Assembly (NCBI RefSeq): GCF_009834535.1
Contig: NC_045707.1
Coordinates: 53,570,001 to 53,634,000, forward strand
Source: Camelus ferus
Lineage: Eukaryota
Reading direction: 5' to 3'
Length of the DNA stretch: 64,000 nucleotides
Shown here: positions 1-12,889 of the stretch, in pieces
Numbering within the stretch: the first letter of the stretch is position 1
How the letters are laid out: each line of letters starts with the position of its first letter
Position numbers and translations under genes: made by a program
The notes under the pieces: model-generated
The model's database searches: none
Told to the model about the DNA's origin: nothing
What the model saw: the letters and a program-made list of their open reading frames with translations, nothing else

Positions 1-480
1 GGAGTGCATGAGAAAGAGCTGTCCTGGGAGTCAAAAGGATATTAATAAACCTCTGGAAATGGATTATATACCACAGCAATTTGAGAAAAGAACTAAGGAC
101 TGGTTTTTGAAAAATATCAACACTTAGGAAAGGCAGAAGGAAATAAACAGACAGCCCAGATGAGGAGATAGGAAAAAAAAAAAACCTAAGAGAAGAGTCA
201 TATAATTGGAGTTAAGAGAAAAGAATAGTTCATGAAGGTGGGAGGAGGCGATGGTGTCAGTGTAGTACCCGTTCATGTGAGAGGAAAAAAATAACAAACA
301 CGCAAACTGGGAAGTGCCTGTCAGTTTTAGCAAAAAGGAGGTCATTGGTGACCTTGGGAATAGCAGTTTTAGTGGAGTCTTGTGGGAAGAATACAGATTA
401 GCAGGGGTTTAGGAATGAATTAGAAGTAAATTAGGGGAGACAAAACTGAAGCAACTAATGTGAAGGGAGAAAGAGAGGGA
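1..480 (-). mobile_element. LINE-2 (L2) fragment, ancient
   Basis: GA-rich stretch containing 'gaggtcattggtgaccttgggaatagcagttttagtggagt' (~338-378), which resembles the antisense L2 core. Boundaries approximate. Confidence 0.65.
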
Positions 481-664
481 GTTAAGTAGAGGGGACAACT
501 GGTGTCTGCCAAGAGCTCTGGACTGATGTATGTGCTGTCAAGAGCTCTGACTGTGTACCCAAGAACTGTCAGCACGAACTGGGACTTATGCTTACATATA
601 CTGTTTACCAGACACAGATTGGTGCCTATTTTGCATTTAGAGTGATACTTAAACCACAGCAGCG

Positions 665-677
665 TGCTGACTCAGCA
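665..677. promoter_or_regulatory. Perfect T-MARE motif (Maf recognition element; also matches the ARE/AP-1 core)
   Basis: The sequence TGCTGACTCAGCA at 665-677 equals the canonical T-MARE. Function is unverified. Confidence 0.4.
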
Positions 678-894
678 AAGTGATTCATACTTGATGGAGA
701 GTTGCCCTCAAGTGTGCACGCAAAGTGCCACATTAGGCGCCCAGTCATTCTTCAATAAACATTCACCTGACACGGTTAAAGGACCGGGTCTATTCATCTT
801 AGGTTGCCTATCGCTTTGTGAAAATCAATTCGCATCTTTGGTTTTCTTTGCTTGTAATTTTTTTTCCCAAATGATGTGTCTCTAGCCGTGTAAG

Positions 895-1298
895 TGTTGG
901 TTTGTAAACTGCTCTCTTACACAGAGGAATGGGAGAGAGTGAAGAAAGAGTCAGACCACTCCAGATTGGCTAGTGGCAGTTTTAATAAGCAAGGGAACTT
1001 ACTTACACGGCTTGTCTTGGGTGGCCATAAGACACGTAGATCTCCGTTCTCACCTGCCAGAATCTTACGCGTTTGTATAAAAGCCTTAACTGGGCTGAGT
1101 CTTGTATATCGTCTGAATGGACTCAGCACCGCAGTGCTCTCAAGGCTGCATCTTTGGGCCGGTGCTAACTAGGGAAGGCAAGTGAATGCACACTCCAAGG
1201 ACAGGGGAGGCGATGAGGAGCCTCTGATGGTTTTGATGGTCTGGGTCCCGCTTGAGGGTCAGCTGGCAGTCATGTCCTCTCGATGACCTCCTCCAACA
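895..1298 (-). mobile_element. 3' LTR of a class III (HERV-S/ERV-L-like) provirus
   Basis: The minus strand reads TGTTGG...AAACCAACA, with ATTAAA at 981-986 (-). It aligns with 14788-15174 (+), 36/43 identical over the first 43 nt. A polypurine tract precedes it and CTTAC (890-894, -) follows it. Confidence 0.93.
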
Positions 1299-1310
1299 CT
1301 TTACCCCTCA
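1299..1310 (-). other. Polypurine tract of the provirus
   Basis: Minus-strand TGAGGGGTAAAG directly abuts the TG start of the 3' LTR. Confidence 0.8.
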
Positions 1311-1399
1311 GGATCGGCTCTTACACTTGTGTATGGCCCCCTCTTCCGCCGTGTGCCCTGAGCTGTCAGCAGGGGCTTTTGCTAGCACGGAGGTGGCTC

Positions 1400-1945
1400 A
1401 GTTTGTAGAACTGTCTGGCTGTCTTGGAGGCAGACGTCACGGCAACAGTGTAGACACACTAAGAGGAAGCACATCTAGGTAATGACTGTCAGACTAAGCA
1501 CCGACATTGTTCCTCCAAGAGCCCCACGACCCAAACCGCTGACTTACTAAGTCTCTTAGGCTGGGGGTCAGACCACTCATGGCATTTATTTGGATTTTCA
1601 TGTGGTTTATAAAGATGATACATTAGCAGACTTATCAGGCATGAACAGATAATATTCTCTTTGGATAATGGCACAGGTGCCCCCTTGTGAGGTAGTAATA
1701 ATGTCCAAGGCCATTTTATTTAGGAGGAAAGCTTTTTTTTTTTTTTTTTTAAATTAGTGACATCTCAATGTGCAGTGTGAGCAGGCTTTGTTGGCTGTCA
1801 CTTGAGGCTTGCTGAGGGAGGTTAGTAAAGGCTTGCTTGTGGTCGGAAATGTCCTGCAGGCCAACGGAGGGGACCAAAACAGCAGCCAAATGATTGTACC
1901 AGTGGAGAACTGAATATGTCCACCTGTCCTTGAGGAGAGGGCGGT
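1400..1945 (-). pseudogene. env: Decayed retroviral env, transmembrane subunit (SU remnants probably extend to ~2300)
   Basis: Manual minus-strand translation gives LKDRWTYSVLHWYNHLAAVLVPSVGLQDISDHKQAFTNLPQQASSDSQQSLLTLHIEMSL, then a poly-T interruption at 1733-1750. Next is LNKMALDIITTSQGGTCAIIQREYYLFMPDKSANVSSL (1723-1610), an immunosuppressive domain plus a decayed CX6CC. After a frameshift comes NHMKIQINAMSGLTPSLRDLVSQRFGSWGSW. Confidence 0.88.
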
Positions 1946-2399
1946 TGGCAGCTTTAGGAACTTGACTTGGTTGTGCATATTATAAATGTTGGCCGGTGGA
2001 GGCAGGACTGTTGATCAGGCCGGGACCTTCATTTTCTCCTCTCTTTCAGTAGTGCATGTTCCAAGTTTCCAGTGTAATGCATTTTAACTGGTCTGGCTTG
2101 CAGCAGGACAATGGGATACCAGTGAAGAATGAGTGGTTTCCTCTCACCCGGGGGTGCAAAGTAACTCACTCATCTTATTGGGATGTCTCATCATAAATTC
2201 CAGTGGATAATGTCTCTCAGGCAGGGTGGGGCTTGGTGTTTTCAGCAGCGTAGCACGTTGATCCATGGTCAGAGTTGGGGCAATGTCTGTTTTTGGATGA
2301 TTTCCATACCTTTATGGCAGTGGATGTTTTGGCAGGGGCCCCCAGTCTGGCATATGGTTCAACAGGTCCCACTGGCTGATCATTCAGATATACTAAAGC

Positions 2400-4008
2400 C
2401 TGGGACAGTACTTTAGTCTACTTGGCCAAAGTGCCTGTACCTGTTATTAATTCAGTCTGCTGCTTTAAGAGTCCATTTTTCTTTGCACTAACCCTACTGC
2501 TTGCAAATTACAGGAGAGATGGAACCTCCATTCAGTGTCATGTTTTTCTGCCCTATCTTGCGTATTATGACCTTTGAAACGTGACCCCAGATTATTGTCT
2601 ATTTGATGAAGTTTTCTGTACATAGTACTTAGCAAGTCTAGTCTTGTAGTAGTGGTAGCCTGGTTTGTGTGGCAACAGGGGAAAGTTTGCGTTAAGTCAG
2701 ATACGGCGGCTCACCCTAAACTTTGCACACAAACCAGGGCATGTTTAGAACCCTCCATCAGAGAACAGAGGACAATCTATTCAATATGCCAGTCCCTCTC
2801 CAGTTGGGAACTCCAATGAATAGCCATACTCCTTTGGCAGTTATCTTGTATGTTGTTTAGAACACACAGGGCATGCTGTTACTGCATTAACCAAGATACT
2901 GTGTTTTAAGGGCAATCTGTCCACCTTCGAATTCACGATTCTATCCAGGCACTAGAGTGGCCATTTGGCCTGTGCTCCCAATCTGCTGTATCTAGTGGAG
3001 AGTCGGTTGCTAGGGTTCATAGCCAGGCGAGGGCATCAGCTTCCTGATTGCCAGGGGCTGTCATTGCCTTATGAGCCAGTATGTTGAAGACAGTGAGGAC
3101 TGCTTTAGGCTCTTGCAGGTGAACCCAAATGCCTTTACATATATCCTGACCCCACCAGGGCTTATTCATGATTATCCACCCTTCACCTTTTCATTGTCTA
3201 GGCCATAGGATTAATCCTTTTAGAACAGCTCATCAGTGCTAGGGGTTAATGGCCAGGGCTCATGAGTGATCACCAGCTAAACTGCTCTGAGTTCAGCCCG
3301 TTGGCTGTTGTGTTTCCTTCTTTCTTCCAGGCATCTATATATCAGGCATCAGTGAGGATTTCTCCCATTCTCTCTCTGTAGGCCATAGGGGCTGCCACAG
3401 GAATAAGGATGGGGGCATTTGGAGGCTCTACATACTCTTCAGGGCCTAGTAGCACCCACAGTTTTAGAGAGAATGAGCTGGTGGACAAAATACTCCTTTG
3501 CTGCAAGTTGGCATGCCGCTTAGTCAAACTGGGAGTTTGGGCCATGGCAGAAGTGAGTCAATGGAATATATTCTTAAATGATGAGAAGGGAAGTTCTTAC
3601 CATGATACGCTGCTCCTTTGGGAGAGACTCTACCTGGAGGAGCACTGTGTACCCTGCTAGGAGCTGTTGCTGTATGGGGTATGTTGGGGTTTTGTCACCT
3701 ACCAAAGCTGAAAGCAGAATCTTAGGGGTGCCCTCTCCTTTCGTTGTCTCTGTCACAGTGTCCAATCCATACCTTCCAGAGTCACAGACACATCAAACAA
3801 AGATATTCCAGCAAAGTCTGCAGCATGACCTGCAGCAGAGGCAAGTCTTCACCTGTTAGCATTATATCATCAGTGTTATGGGCCCTTTTGTTGGATATGG
3901 AGAAGAACAGGGTGAGATCTTGGGTACCCATCCCATGACTTACCGTGAGACTGTGTAGGTAGCCCTGGGGAAGTGATTGAAAGGTCCATTGCTGTCTCTG
4001 TCACATGA
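2400..4008 (-). pseudogene. pol: Decayed class III ERV pol (3' part of RT, RNase H, integrase)
   Basis: Minus-strand motifs: RT QWTFQSLPQGYLHS (~3992-3951) and HNTDDIMLTG (from 3880; YIDD decayed); connection DVSVTLEGMDWTL*QRQ...PIQQQLLA; RNase H SQRAELRAV and AHKAMTAPGNQEADALA (~3030-3080); integrase ACPVCSK (~2856-2876) and EWRFHLSCNLQAVG (~2490-2533). Many stops and frameshifts. Confidence 0.92.
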
Positions 4009-4345
4009 TCTTAGATTTTAGAGACTTAAACTTGCCAGAATCTTTTCCTTGAGTCTCCTTGAAGATGAAGCACTTTTGTAGGAATGCTTTTCAAAAGTAT
4101 CAGAGTAAAACACTAACTGTCTGTAAATGACAAAAGACTTAAAAATGGCCATGGTTAAAGATCTCCTGAAGGTTCATTATAATGCAATTGACCAGGGAAT
4201 CTGATTTTTTTCCTATGACCTACATTTTAAAATTATGACTGATAACATAATACCAGGATATACCAGATTTTTAGGAATTTTATATAAACATATTCTAAAG
4301 AAAGTTTAGCATTATTCTTATTTAACAATATTCATCATGTAATTT
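4009..4345 (-). mobile_element. MER4-group (ERV1)-like non-coding internal segment, distal half
   Basis: The minus strand has 'aaattacatgatgaatattgttaaataagaataatgctaaac...gtcaattgcattataatgaac...taaccatggccatttttaagtcttttgtcatttacagacagtt', which resembles MER4-group internal consensus as recalled. It continues the segment that ends at 16737. Confidence 0.75.
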
Positions 4346-4749
4346 CACTGTTATATGTTAATAGTTATGTCATTATTCTCCAAACTTAAAAGAACAGCCA
4401 TCAGAAGAGTTTATGTTTAAGGGTCCCCTAGCACAGATTAATTAAAAGAAACCAGTATATCAACCCAAAATTGCACTGAGACACTAAGCATTTCTTATTC
4501 ACAAGTTACATGCATCAGTATGCATATATTCATACATACGTTGGATTGTATAGTATATATTAGACAAGACCTTTTGCCTATCCAAATCAAAGTTAAAAGT
4601 GGAAGAGATAGACCCATAGTAGCAGTTTGAAAATAAGAGAAATAAGATTATGTGGTGATAAAGAAATTTTTTAAAAGCATGTTTCAAGTTTCTTTGCATC
4701 TCTCTGTGGCTGCCTAAAATCAAATTCCCGTCACTCCTTCAGTTGACTA

Positions 4750-5370
4750 CTCTAAATAGTTTTCCTGCCTTTATTACCTGCCCATGTAAGCCATTCCCCT
4801 CCTAGGGGTTTGAGTGATCTTTGCAGAAATTAATCAGGTTGTGTTGCATCCCTTCTTATGTTCCCGTTGCATCCTGTGTTGTAACCCAGTCTTCCACAGG
4901 CTCCCAGGATCTACATCCTCTACTCTTGGCCCCACTTCTGTGATCTCATTTCTGACTCATCTTCCAATTACTCTCTCTATTCCAAATATATGGAATTTCT
5001 CTCTGTTTCTGTAACTCTCCAAGTTCTCTCTCATCTCTGTATCTTTGCATTTCTTGTATCCTTTGCCATAGACCCTTTTCCTTCTGCGTTGCATTTGTCA
5101 TTCTCTGTTCACATCAAATACCAGAGAAGCCTTCCCCTAGCAACCCCCATCTAGATCCCCTATTCTAGTCAGTTCTTATCACATTATCCTGTATTATTTT
5201 CTTCAAAATACTTGTCACTATCTGATTTTTATTTATAGTCCATCTCTATCCACCTTTTGAAAGTTTTATGAGAGTAGGAACCTTGTCTGTCTTGTTCATT
5301 GCTTTATTCCCAGTGTCTAGAGCAATATTTGAAACACAGTATATGCACAGTGAATATTTGCTAAGTGACA
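4750..5370 (+). mobile_element. L2 3' region
   Basis: CT-rich stretch ending 'cttgtctgtcttgttcattgctttattcccagtgtctagagc...gaatatttgctaagtga', typical of an L2a-type 3' end. Confidence 0.7.
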
Positions 5371-7189
5371 AATGCACATTTCTTTCATTTGAACCCAGTG
5401 GTGTCTGATTCTAATGTTGGATCAAATTGCATCATATTGGTTTCTTGTGACTAGATTCTGTGACTTCAAAGGGTCTTCATGATTTACCTTGATTTCCTAA
5501 ACCAGGAAGAACTCCATACTAGATTTTGAATAATGGGATAGGGGTTGTTTTTCATGAGAATGCTGATTTATAAGGTTCCCCTACAATGCATTCTGGAGTA
5601 AGTTAAGGTATAAATATATTTCAAATTATAAATAATCCATAGAAATATGGGTGTCATCTCTGTCATTCCTTTTCCTGAAAACTGCATTTTGTATATGTAA
5701 GTTTGTATGACTTAATTCCATGTGTTTTTTTTTTAAAATCAATTTCTGGCCCATTTATGGTTTGTCTCATAATGAAAAAAGCAAGATCCTTCAACAACAA
5801 ATGGCATATCTCAGCATCCTCCCTCTTGTTCAACAATACGCACACACATACACACACCTGCAAAGAGTATTTGCAATAAACTTAGTTCATTAGAGACTGT
5901 TGTTGGATACAAATTTGTAATAAAGAATGTATAAGTTAGAAATAGGAATCTTCAAAAAACTCTTGTCATACAGGCAAAACCCACAGTATAAAAACCCAAA
6001 ATATAGGAGAAAAGAACGTAACAGATCAGAAATATAATTCTCCTTTTAAAAAGAGAATCAGCTCTAATTTAACAAAAAATGTAATTTAGGTCACAGAGAA
6101 CTGAAAATATATTTAAAAATCAGGTGTGGTACTTCAAATGTATCCCTTTGTGCAGATAAGACAACCAAATTTACAAGCTTTTAAACTGAACAATGAGCTT
6201 TGGTTAACTGCAAATCAAATTGAAACAAAGTACTCAAGTAAGACTAAATTTAACTACACTCCATTCTCCATCAAAAGTGACAGATTTTTCTGTTCTATTT
6301 TTCTGACATTGAATGAAGGAAGAAAAAGTGTCTCTTATTGTTGCATTGTTCTACTGCAAAGCCTGTTTCTATCCATCTAAATTATACTCTTACATTTGTA
6401 TGGAAGTCAAAGTTTGAATAACATGCTTGAGTTCATTATGCAACACTTAAAAAAAACCTCAGGTAGATAGAAGATGAATTGTACTCAATTTTAATCTCTT
6501 CAGAAATAATTAAAAACAAAAGGAACTTTTAAGATTTTGGAATGAAATTACCGTTATTATTCCGTTCTTACGTCCTAGTTTTAGTTGTTATTATTGTTCT
6601 TACTGTTTTCTAAAATCTGTATATGCCACAGTGGAGAGTGGCATTTTTAAACTGGCTATTTCTACTTGTACTCTCCTTTGTGCAGATGTTAACATGGGGC
6701 TGAAATAAAATTAAAGTGCTTCTAATAGTTTTCAATTCTAAATACAATATATAATTCTAAATACAGCTTTACGATGCAAACCTTTAGGTACTCACTGAAT
6801 TAAATTTTGGTCGGAGGGAGAAAACAAAACAAAACAAAAGCACATGCGTCAACAATAGATATATGTAATATGCAGTATTTCCGCATAGCTACTGGAGATA
6901 TAACACCATCTTATGAGGAATACACAGTCTGTTGACAGGAAGGAAAGAAGTGTACACAATAGGCTATGATAAGTGCTATGGAAGAAACAAGTTAGGGTTT
7001 GTACAGGATGACTTCCTGAAATTTAAATTGAGATTTAAAGAATGATTAAAAGTTATATAGTTCTCACATCAGAACAACAGAATTTTCAAAGACTTTGAAT
7101 ATGAGATATATTTGAAGAGTAAGAAAAAAATTCTGTATGGCTGGAATACAGGACTTGAAGAGCCCTTTCTGGGAATCTGTATTTACTGG

Positions 7190-8440
7190 CGAGGAACTCT
7201 GTCAACTCCTTTGCTCAATTTCCTTCCTTCCTAACACCTGGAAATAATTCAATTCTGGTAAAAGCTATAATTCTATCTCCTTAAGCATCCAAAATTTCCT
7301 CTTTCCTGTCAGACTCACCTGCTATCTTTGTTCTTTATTTCACTGAGAAAATAGGAGAAATCAGATGAGAACTTTTAGATTACCACTCTCCCACCTCAAC
7401 CCCAACCACCAGATCTACCAGCCTACCTACATACTCAACCACATATCTGTCTTTCCTCCTGTTAAGGTGAAGGGATCATATATGCCCAAGACCTACTACT
7501 TAATGGTCTGGGTTTCATCCCCTTACACACACTTCTGGACATTTATTTTGTAATTGGCTTTGCTCTTTCCAAGGTTGTTGGTGATTTTTTTCCATTTCCA
7601 CTGTAATGTTCACAAAAGAATGTAAATATTATGTAATGTCTCCAGCCTCAAAAGGAAACCTCTTTTGACTCCACAATCCACTAACTAGTGCTCCATTTCT
7701 GCTGTCATTTACATACACACACACCCTCTCTCTCTCAGCTCTCTTTCACAAGGTGGTCTATATTCCTTATCTTCTATCATCACTTTCCATCATCTTCTCA
7801 TACTCTTTTTAAAACTCCTTGAAAATCAGCTTTGTTCCTGTTGCTCCAGTGAAAGCTCTTTTGTCAAAGCATCTAGTGGTCTCCAGGTCTACTTTTCCAA
7901 TCTTTGATAAACTCTTCAGCTTTTGATACATTTGATCGCTACCTCCTTCTTGTTTTCTTTACTCAGCATCAAAGATGTCATTTTCTTCCTCTCTCAATGA
8001 ATACTAATTTTTAGTCTCCTTTTTCTGATTCTTCCTCATTTCCCCAACCTCTGAATAATGGAGTGGCCCTTACTCTTCTCACTACATTCACTATGGCCTT
8101 CTAGTTCAGCATGTGCCTACATCAAGACAATTAGCTCTCTGTACCTAAAATATTTTTACCTTGATGCTTGGGTATTACTTCTTTCACATCTCTGATCAAA
8201 AGTCACCATGGCAGAGAGATCTTGATATAACATACTACCTAAAATTACCATTCTCTCCCCTTATGCTGCTTTATTTTCTTTCTAGCACTTGTCATGACTT
8301 GATGTAGTTATTCATTTATTTCCCACCTGTACTCACGAGATTGCAAAGCACCACAGGAGCAGTCTTGCTTTTGTTTTCTGATATATCCCCAGAGATTTAA
8401 ATTCTGCCTAGAACAGAGTTGCTACTGAAAATTTCTGATT
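7190..8440 (+). mobile_element. L2 fragments
   Basis: Contains the L2 hallmark 'tatttcactgagaaaataggagaaatcagatgagaact' (~7337-7374), a CT-rich body and a degenerate 3' end near 8270-8440. Confidence 0.65.
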
Positions 8441-10854
8441 AAATTATCCCCTAAGTCTCACAAAATTTGATTCAGGAGTGAGGAAGATGATTTGGTACTC
8501 CAAAAGAGGTGGGAAAAAAATCCTGGAGCATAAAACTGAAAATGAAACAGCTTTTGCATGTAGTTGAATTTACTGTGTTGAGATTCTAATAAATTATTAA
8601 AAAATCCACAGTCCTCAGAAATTATGTTGGATTTACCTATTTTTCTTTTGCTAAACTGAATTTTTCTTTAACTACAACAAGGATGGCAGTTGGGACCTTC
8701 CTAGTTTTGAAAATACATTCTTGATGGGGAAGTGTTTTAGGCACAACATGTAACATCTTCAATATCTATTTCTCTAACTTCTCATCCTTTCCCCCCACCC
8801 ACACAGACATAACCTCACCCCTCTGACATATACACACACACATAGTTGTTTTAAATGTTCTGAATCACTTGATGACAAGGTTCATGCACTCATATTAAGT
8901 CTCCTGAATCCTTCTTCAGTGCTTCCATTAAAAAAAATAATAAATGAATAAACAAATAAATAAACCTAATTACCTCTCCCCCCCAAAAAAACCCCAAACA
9001 AATAAATAAATCTCCTGCATCTTTACTTTAACCAGACAGGCATTGCTTCCTTTGTATTAAAAGAAAGTGTCATTTGCATAACTTCATATGTGTTAAAACA
9101 ACTGAAATTAATTTCAGACCTTGCATTTAAAAATTAAAAGTGGAATGAGCAGACTCAGTATAAATATTAAAAACTAAATCCATCCTTGTAGGCCCAAACA
9201 GGATGATGGCTAATATGTAGAGAGGGCAGAGGAAGTTCAAAAAGGGATCTAAAAGAGATATCTATGCTCTGACTGGAGCCCAGGGCATGTTTAGTTTTTG
9301 GATAGAAGTTTGACTACCAGACAGTGATCATTTCCCTACCATCAATCAAAAAAATGAATGTATACTTTGTATCTTGAATCTGTTCCAAAGTTCACATTTA
9401 GGATTTCAAAGCCATCATATGCTCAGGAATCATCCTTTAAGGCTAAGGAGAGACAAATAAATAGAAATGAGATGCAGAAGTGGTGGGAATAAATTATCTG
9501 GACCAGAGAAATTTTGACTACCTTTCTTGGTTTCCTTTAAAAAATAGAATACAGGCAGGAATGTACATTTCTTAAAATGACAAAATCCATTACAGGACAG
9601 AGAAATTTGAAAAACAGAAAAAAGAAATGTAAATTTAACACCATGACATATATATACTGTTATTGTTTTAGGTAATTAATTCCAAATTGTCTTTATTTCC
9701 CATGCATTTTAAAAACATGTATAAGTTATGTTTGTTTGTTTGTTTTGTGCTAATGTTAGAATGATGTATCAAAATACTTTTCTGTGGATCACCTCTGACT
9801 ACTCATTTAGGACCTCTGGTCTCCTCAAATCCCTTCCTATCCTGTTCTGTTTTCCTCAGGAAATGTATGTATGAAGTAGTCTTCTTGCTGCCATTGGGCT
9901 TCTGTCATTTTCTCCCTTCCCAGTACTGGCTGATAATTTTGATACTTTCTGAATTTGCCTCTGCCACTGTTGTTTTCATTCCCGTGGCTTCTGAAGCCTG
10001 CCTTAGGCACTAATAAAGCTGAGATCCTGCTGTGATATCCTCTAAATATACCTCTCCTAGGAACAATTCCCTCTCACAGCTCAGAGAGTGCCTATTTCAT
10101 ATCCCAGTGAGCACTAATAGTAACTCTAGGTCGAGACGTGATGTTCTGGTCATCACCACCACAGCCACACTCTTCTAAATGTTAACGTATCCTGTGCACC
10201 CAGTGCCTCATTAGAAGATTTCATAAATGTTCCTGCTTTATGGTAGTATCTTTCCATTTGGACTCAGGCACAGATTTCTTCAGGATAAAATAGTTCATAT
10301 ATCAAGTGACTTAGCCTCTCGTGTACAAGAATTCTTAATAGGTCCAAGATGGCAGTTCTTCTGTCGTGCATCAGATTTCAGTTTTTTAACATGTATATGG
10401 AATAGATTTAAAATCTAGGTTCTTGCTAAATATAGTTATGATCATAGTATATTATCCTGATTGTTTTTACTTAGCATTACATAATTAGTATCTTTCATAG
10501 GTGTGTATTTTAATGTAATGTTCATAATTTTTATAGTTCAGTTTATGTACTTGAGAGAATTCAGGACAACTTATTTTATACAGTAGGAAATAGATTATGC
10601 TTTACTTCTGTAAGAAAAATATCAGCTTATATATAATTTGTAGAAAAGAAATACTGTGGTATTAAATAAGCATAGTATGATCATGTAGAAGTATTTTCAA
10701 GATAAGCAATACAAAATATTGTTCTTCTTATAGAGATGAGAGAACACTTCCACTCTTTTACCTCCATCTCTGCCTATCCATGCCCTGAAAAATTCCTATG
10801 GGGAGGGAAGATGTTAATTTTATGATCAGGATGTAAAACATTTTAATTACTCCT

Positions 10855-10980
10855 CATTAGGATGAAAGCTCCTCACGAGGGCAGGGATTCTGTAGGTCGT
10901 ATTTACTGATGTGTGTCTAAACCCTACAACAGTGCCTGGTATCTAATAGGTACTTATAAATGTGTATTGAATGGATGAAA
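10855..10980 (+). mobile_element. L2 3' end
   Basis: 'aagctcctcacgagggcagggatt...acagtgcctggtatctaataggtacttataaatgtgtattgaatggatgaa'. Confidence 0.75.
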
Positions 10981-12889
10981 AGGCACTAAAAATGGTGACT
11001 ATGGTATGTTTTTAAGTGGTGGTTTTCATCTGTCAGACTGCCTACTCTTTGAAGGTAGAAACTACTACTTAATTGAATTTTATAAGCATGTAGATGTACT
11101 GGAAAATGTTTAATGTTTTGGAATGATTGGATGTCAAAAAAATATTAATGAAGAGCCCCACAAGCTACATGAAAAGGGCAAATATCTTGGCATTTTGAAT
11201 AGAATTAATTTAAGTAAACAAGCTATCAAACATTTAAAGGAAGTCAAATAGGTTTTGACCTTTTCAATTTCACCCATCCTTTAACACAAAGGCATTATTA
11301 GACTTAAATTACAATGCTTGTGTAAATGAATTTCAGTTGAACTAGTTAACTTTGGGAGAAAACAAAACGTATCCCGTGTCAGTTGATGTAATTATGTAGT
11401 AGAAAATCAGAATTTGTCACAAAATTTGATCAAGAAAAGACAGGAAAACACAGTAAACTTCCCTTTTATGTGTTTATTTGGGAACACTTCAAAAGAAAAA
11501 ATTCTGAGCAACACAAAAAGAATTTCACCTTTGCCATCTACAGGATGAAGCAAAGGATTTTGAAGAATTTCTCTCCCCAGATTTATAGCAAAGATGTCTC
11601 TGGAAATTTGACCTTTAGCAGATGACTATCTACTTCAAACACTCTTCTTTCCTTACTTTCTTCCTAATTTATGTGCCAAATGGGAAAAGTAATTTCCGTT
11701 ACATTTTGAACAGGTCATCCCCTCCCTTACTGCATTTTCTCAGGGTCAACACAATCATGAGCAGTAATGGGTGTCTACTGTGGGTGAAGAGTTAGAAGAG
11801 CCTTTCAAATAGAAATAAACCCCTATCTGAAAATGCATGCCTGCAGTTCCCGTATCATTCATGGCCCTGGTAATCAGATATAACGTGCTAGAAATCTACA
11901 GAGATTGTAAATCAGATTTTTCCCACTAATAGAAACTTCTAAAACATCCTCTTTAAGCAAATTATTTGCTTAATAAGAGACAGAGATGATATTTTCCACC
12001 CAGTTGAAAAGAGAATTTTTCTGGCTCCAAGCAATTTTTAAGCTAAAAGATGTAATTTATCTTTAAGCAAGTTCCATTAAAAATATTTTGATTTTTTTGT
12101 GTCTGTGTGAATTCTCATAGACTTGGATTATATGCAAAACTCCTGCTTGGTTATCATAGGTGTACCTAACAGGTGGGTTACATTTCCCTTTCTGCCTATC
12201 TAATCACCTATGTAACATTTAGAACGGAACTGGGTTATTGTGAAGCAAAGTTTTAACTAACCAAAGAAGAATCTAATTCTGGAAATCATATGTATACTCA
12301 AATCAATATAATCTAAATGTTGATAAGTAATGCCTTTATGTTATTAAATGAAAAACCTCAGAATCCAAATATTTGACTTCTGAACATGTGATAAGTGATT
12401 GAAAGGGTATTTATATATTTCTTATTTAAAATTCTGTTAGATTTATTCAACTCACATAAACTGTAGAATTTCTCGTTTTCATCTTAGTAACATAATAACA
12501 GTACTTTTTTGCATTTGTGTGGGAATTTTTAGTTGACATTGAGTATGCACATCAGTTATATGATTTAATCCCAAACAAAAACCTTCTAACAAAGACAAAT
12601 GTGAGAAGTTAGGAAGTTAAAGCTTAAAGAGGTTAAATTAAATGACTTGCTAAAGTTTGCCAGTTTGAACAAGACAAACCCACTTCTCTGATTAGTTCTC
12701 TTTGTGGAAAATTTTTAAAGTTAAGAATTCTGCATGTTTTTTTAACAAATCAGTATTAGGTGAGTATCCATTCTTTTTTTGATGCTCGACTAAGACAGAA
12801 TTCACAAATAGGTTCAAGAAGTTTCTTCTCAAGTAAATTAACGCAAGAAGTATCACCAAGTGCCTAAAGTGTGGTCAGATTTGGAAGGA

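Noticed and set aside
894..1172. ORFs 894-1172 and 14803-15225 share peptide similarity (FNKQGNLLTRLVLG vs FNKQENLLARLVLG), resembling paralogous genes
   Set aside because: The similarity comes from the two LTR copies read antisense.
12155..12216. Short inverted repeats that could form a hairpin (also 25721-25739 and 30406-30417)
   Set aside because: Stems of 6-8 bp are expected by chance, and there are no miRNA or snoRNA hallmarks.
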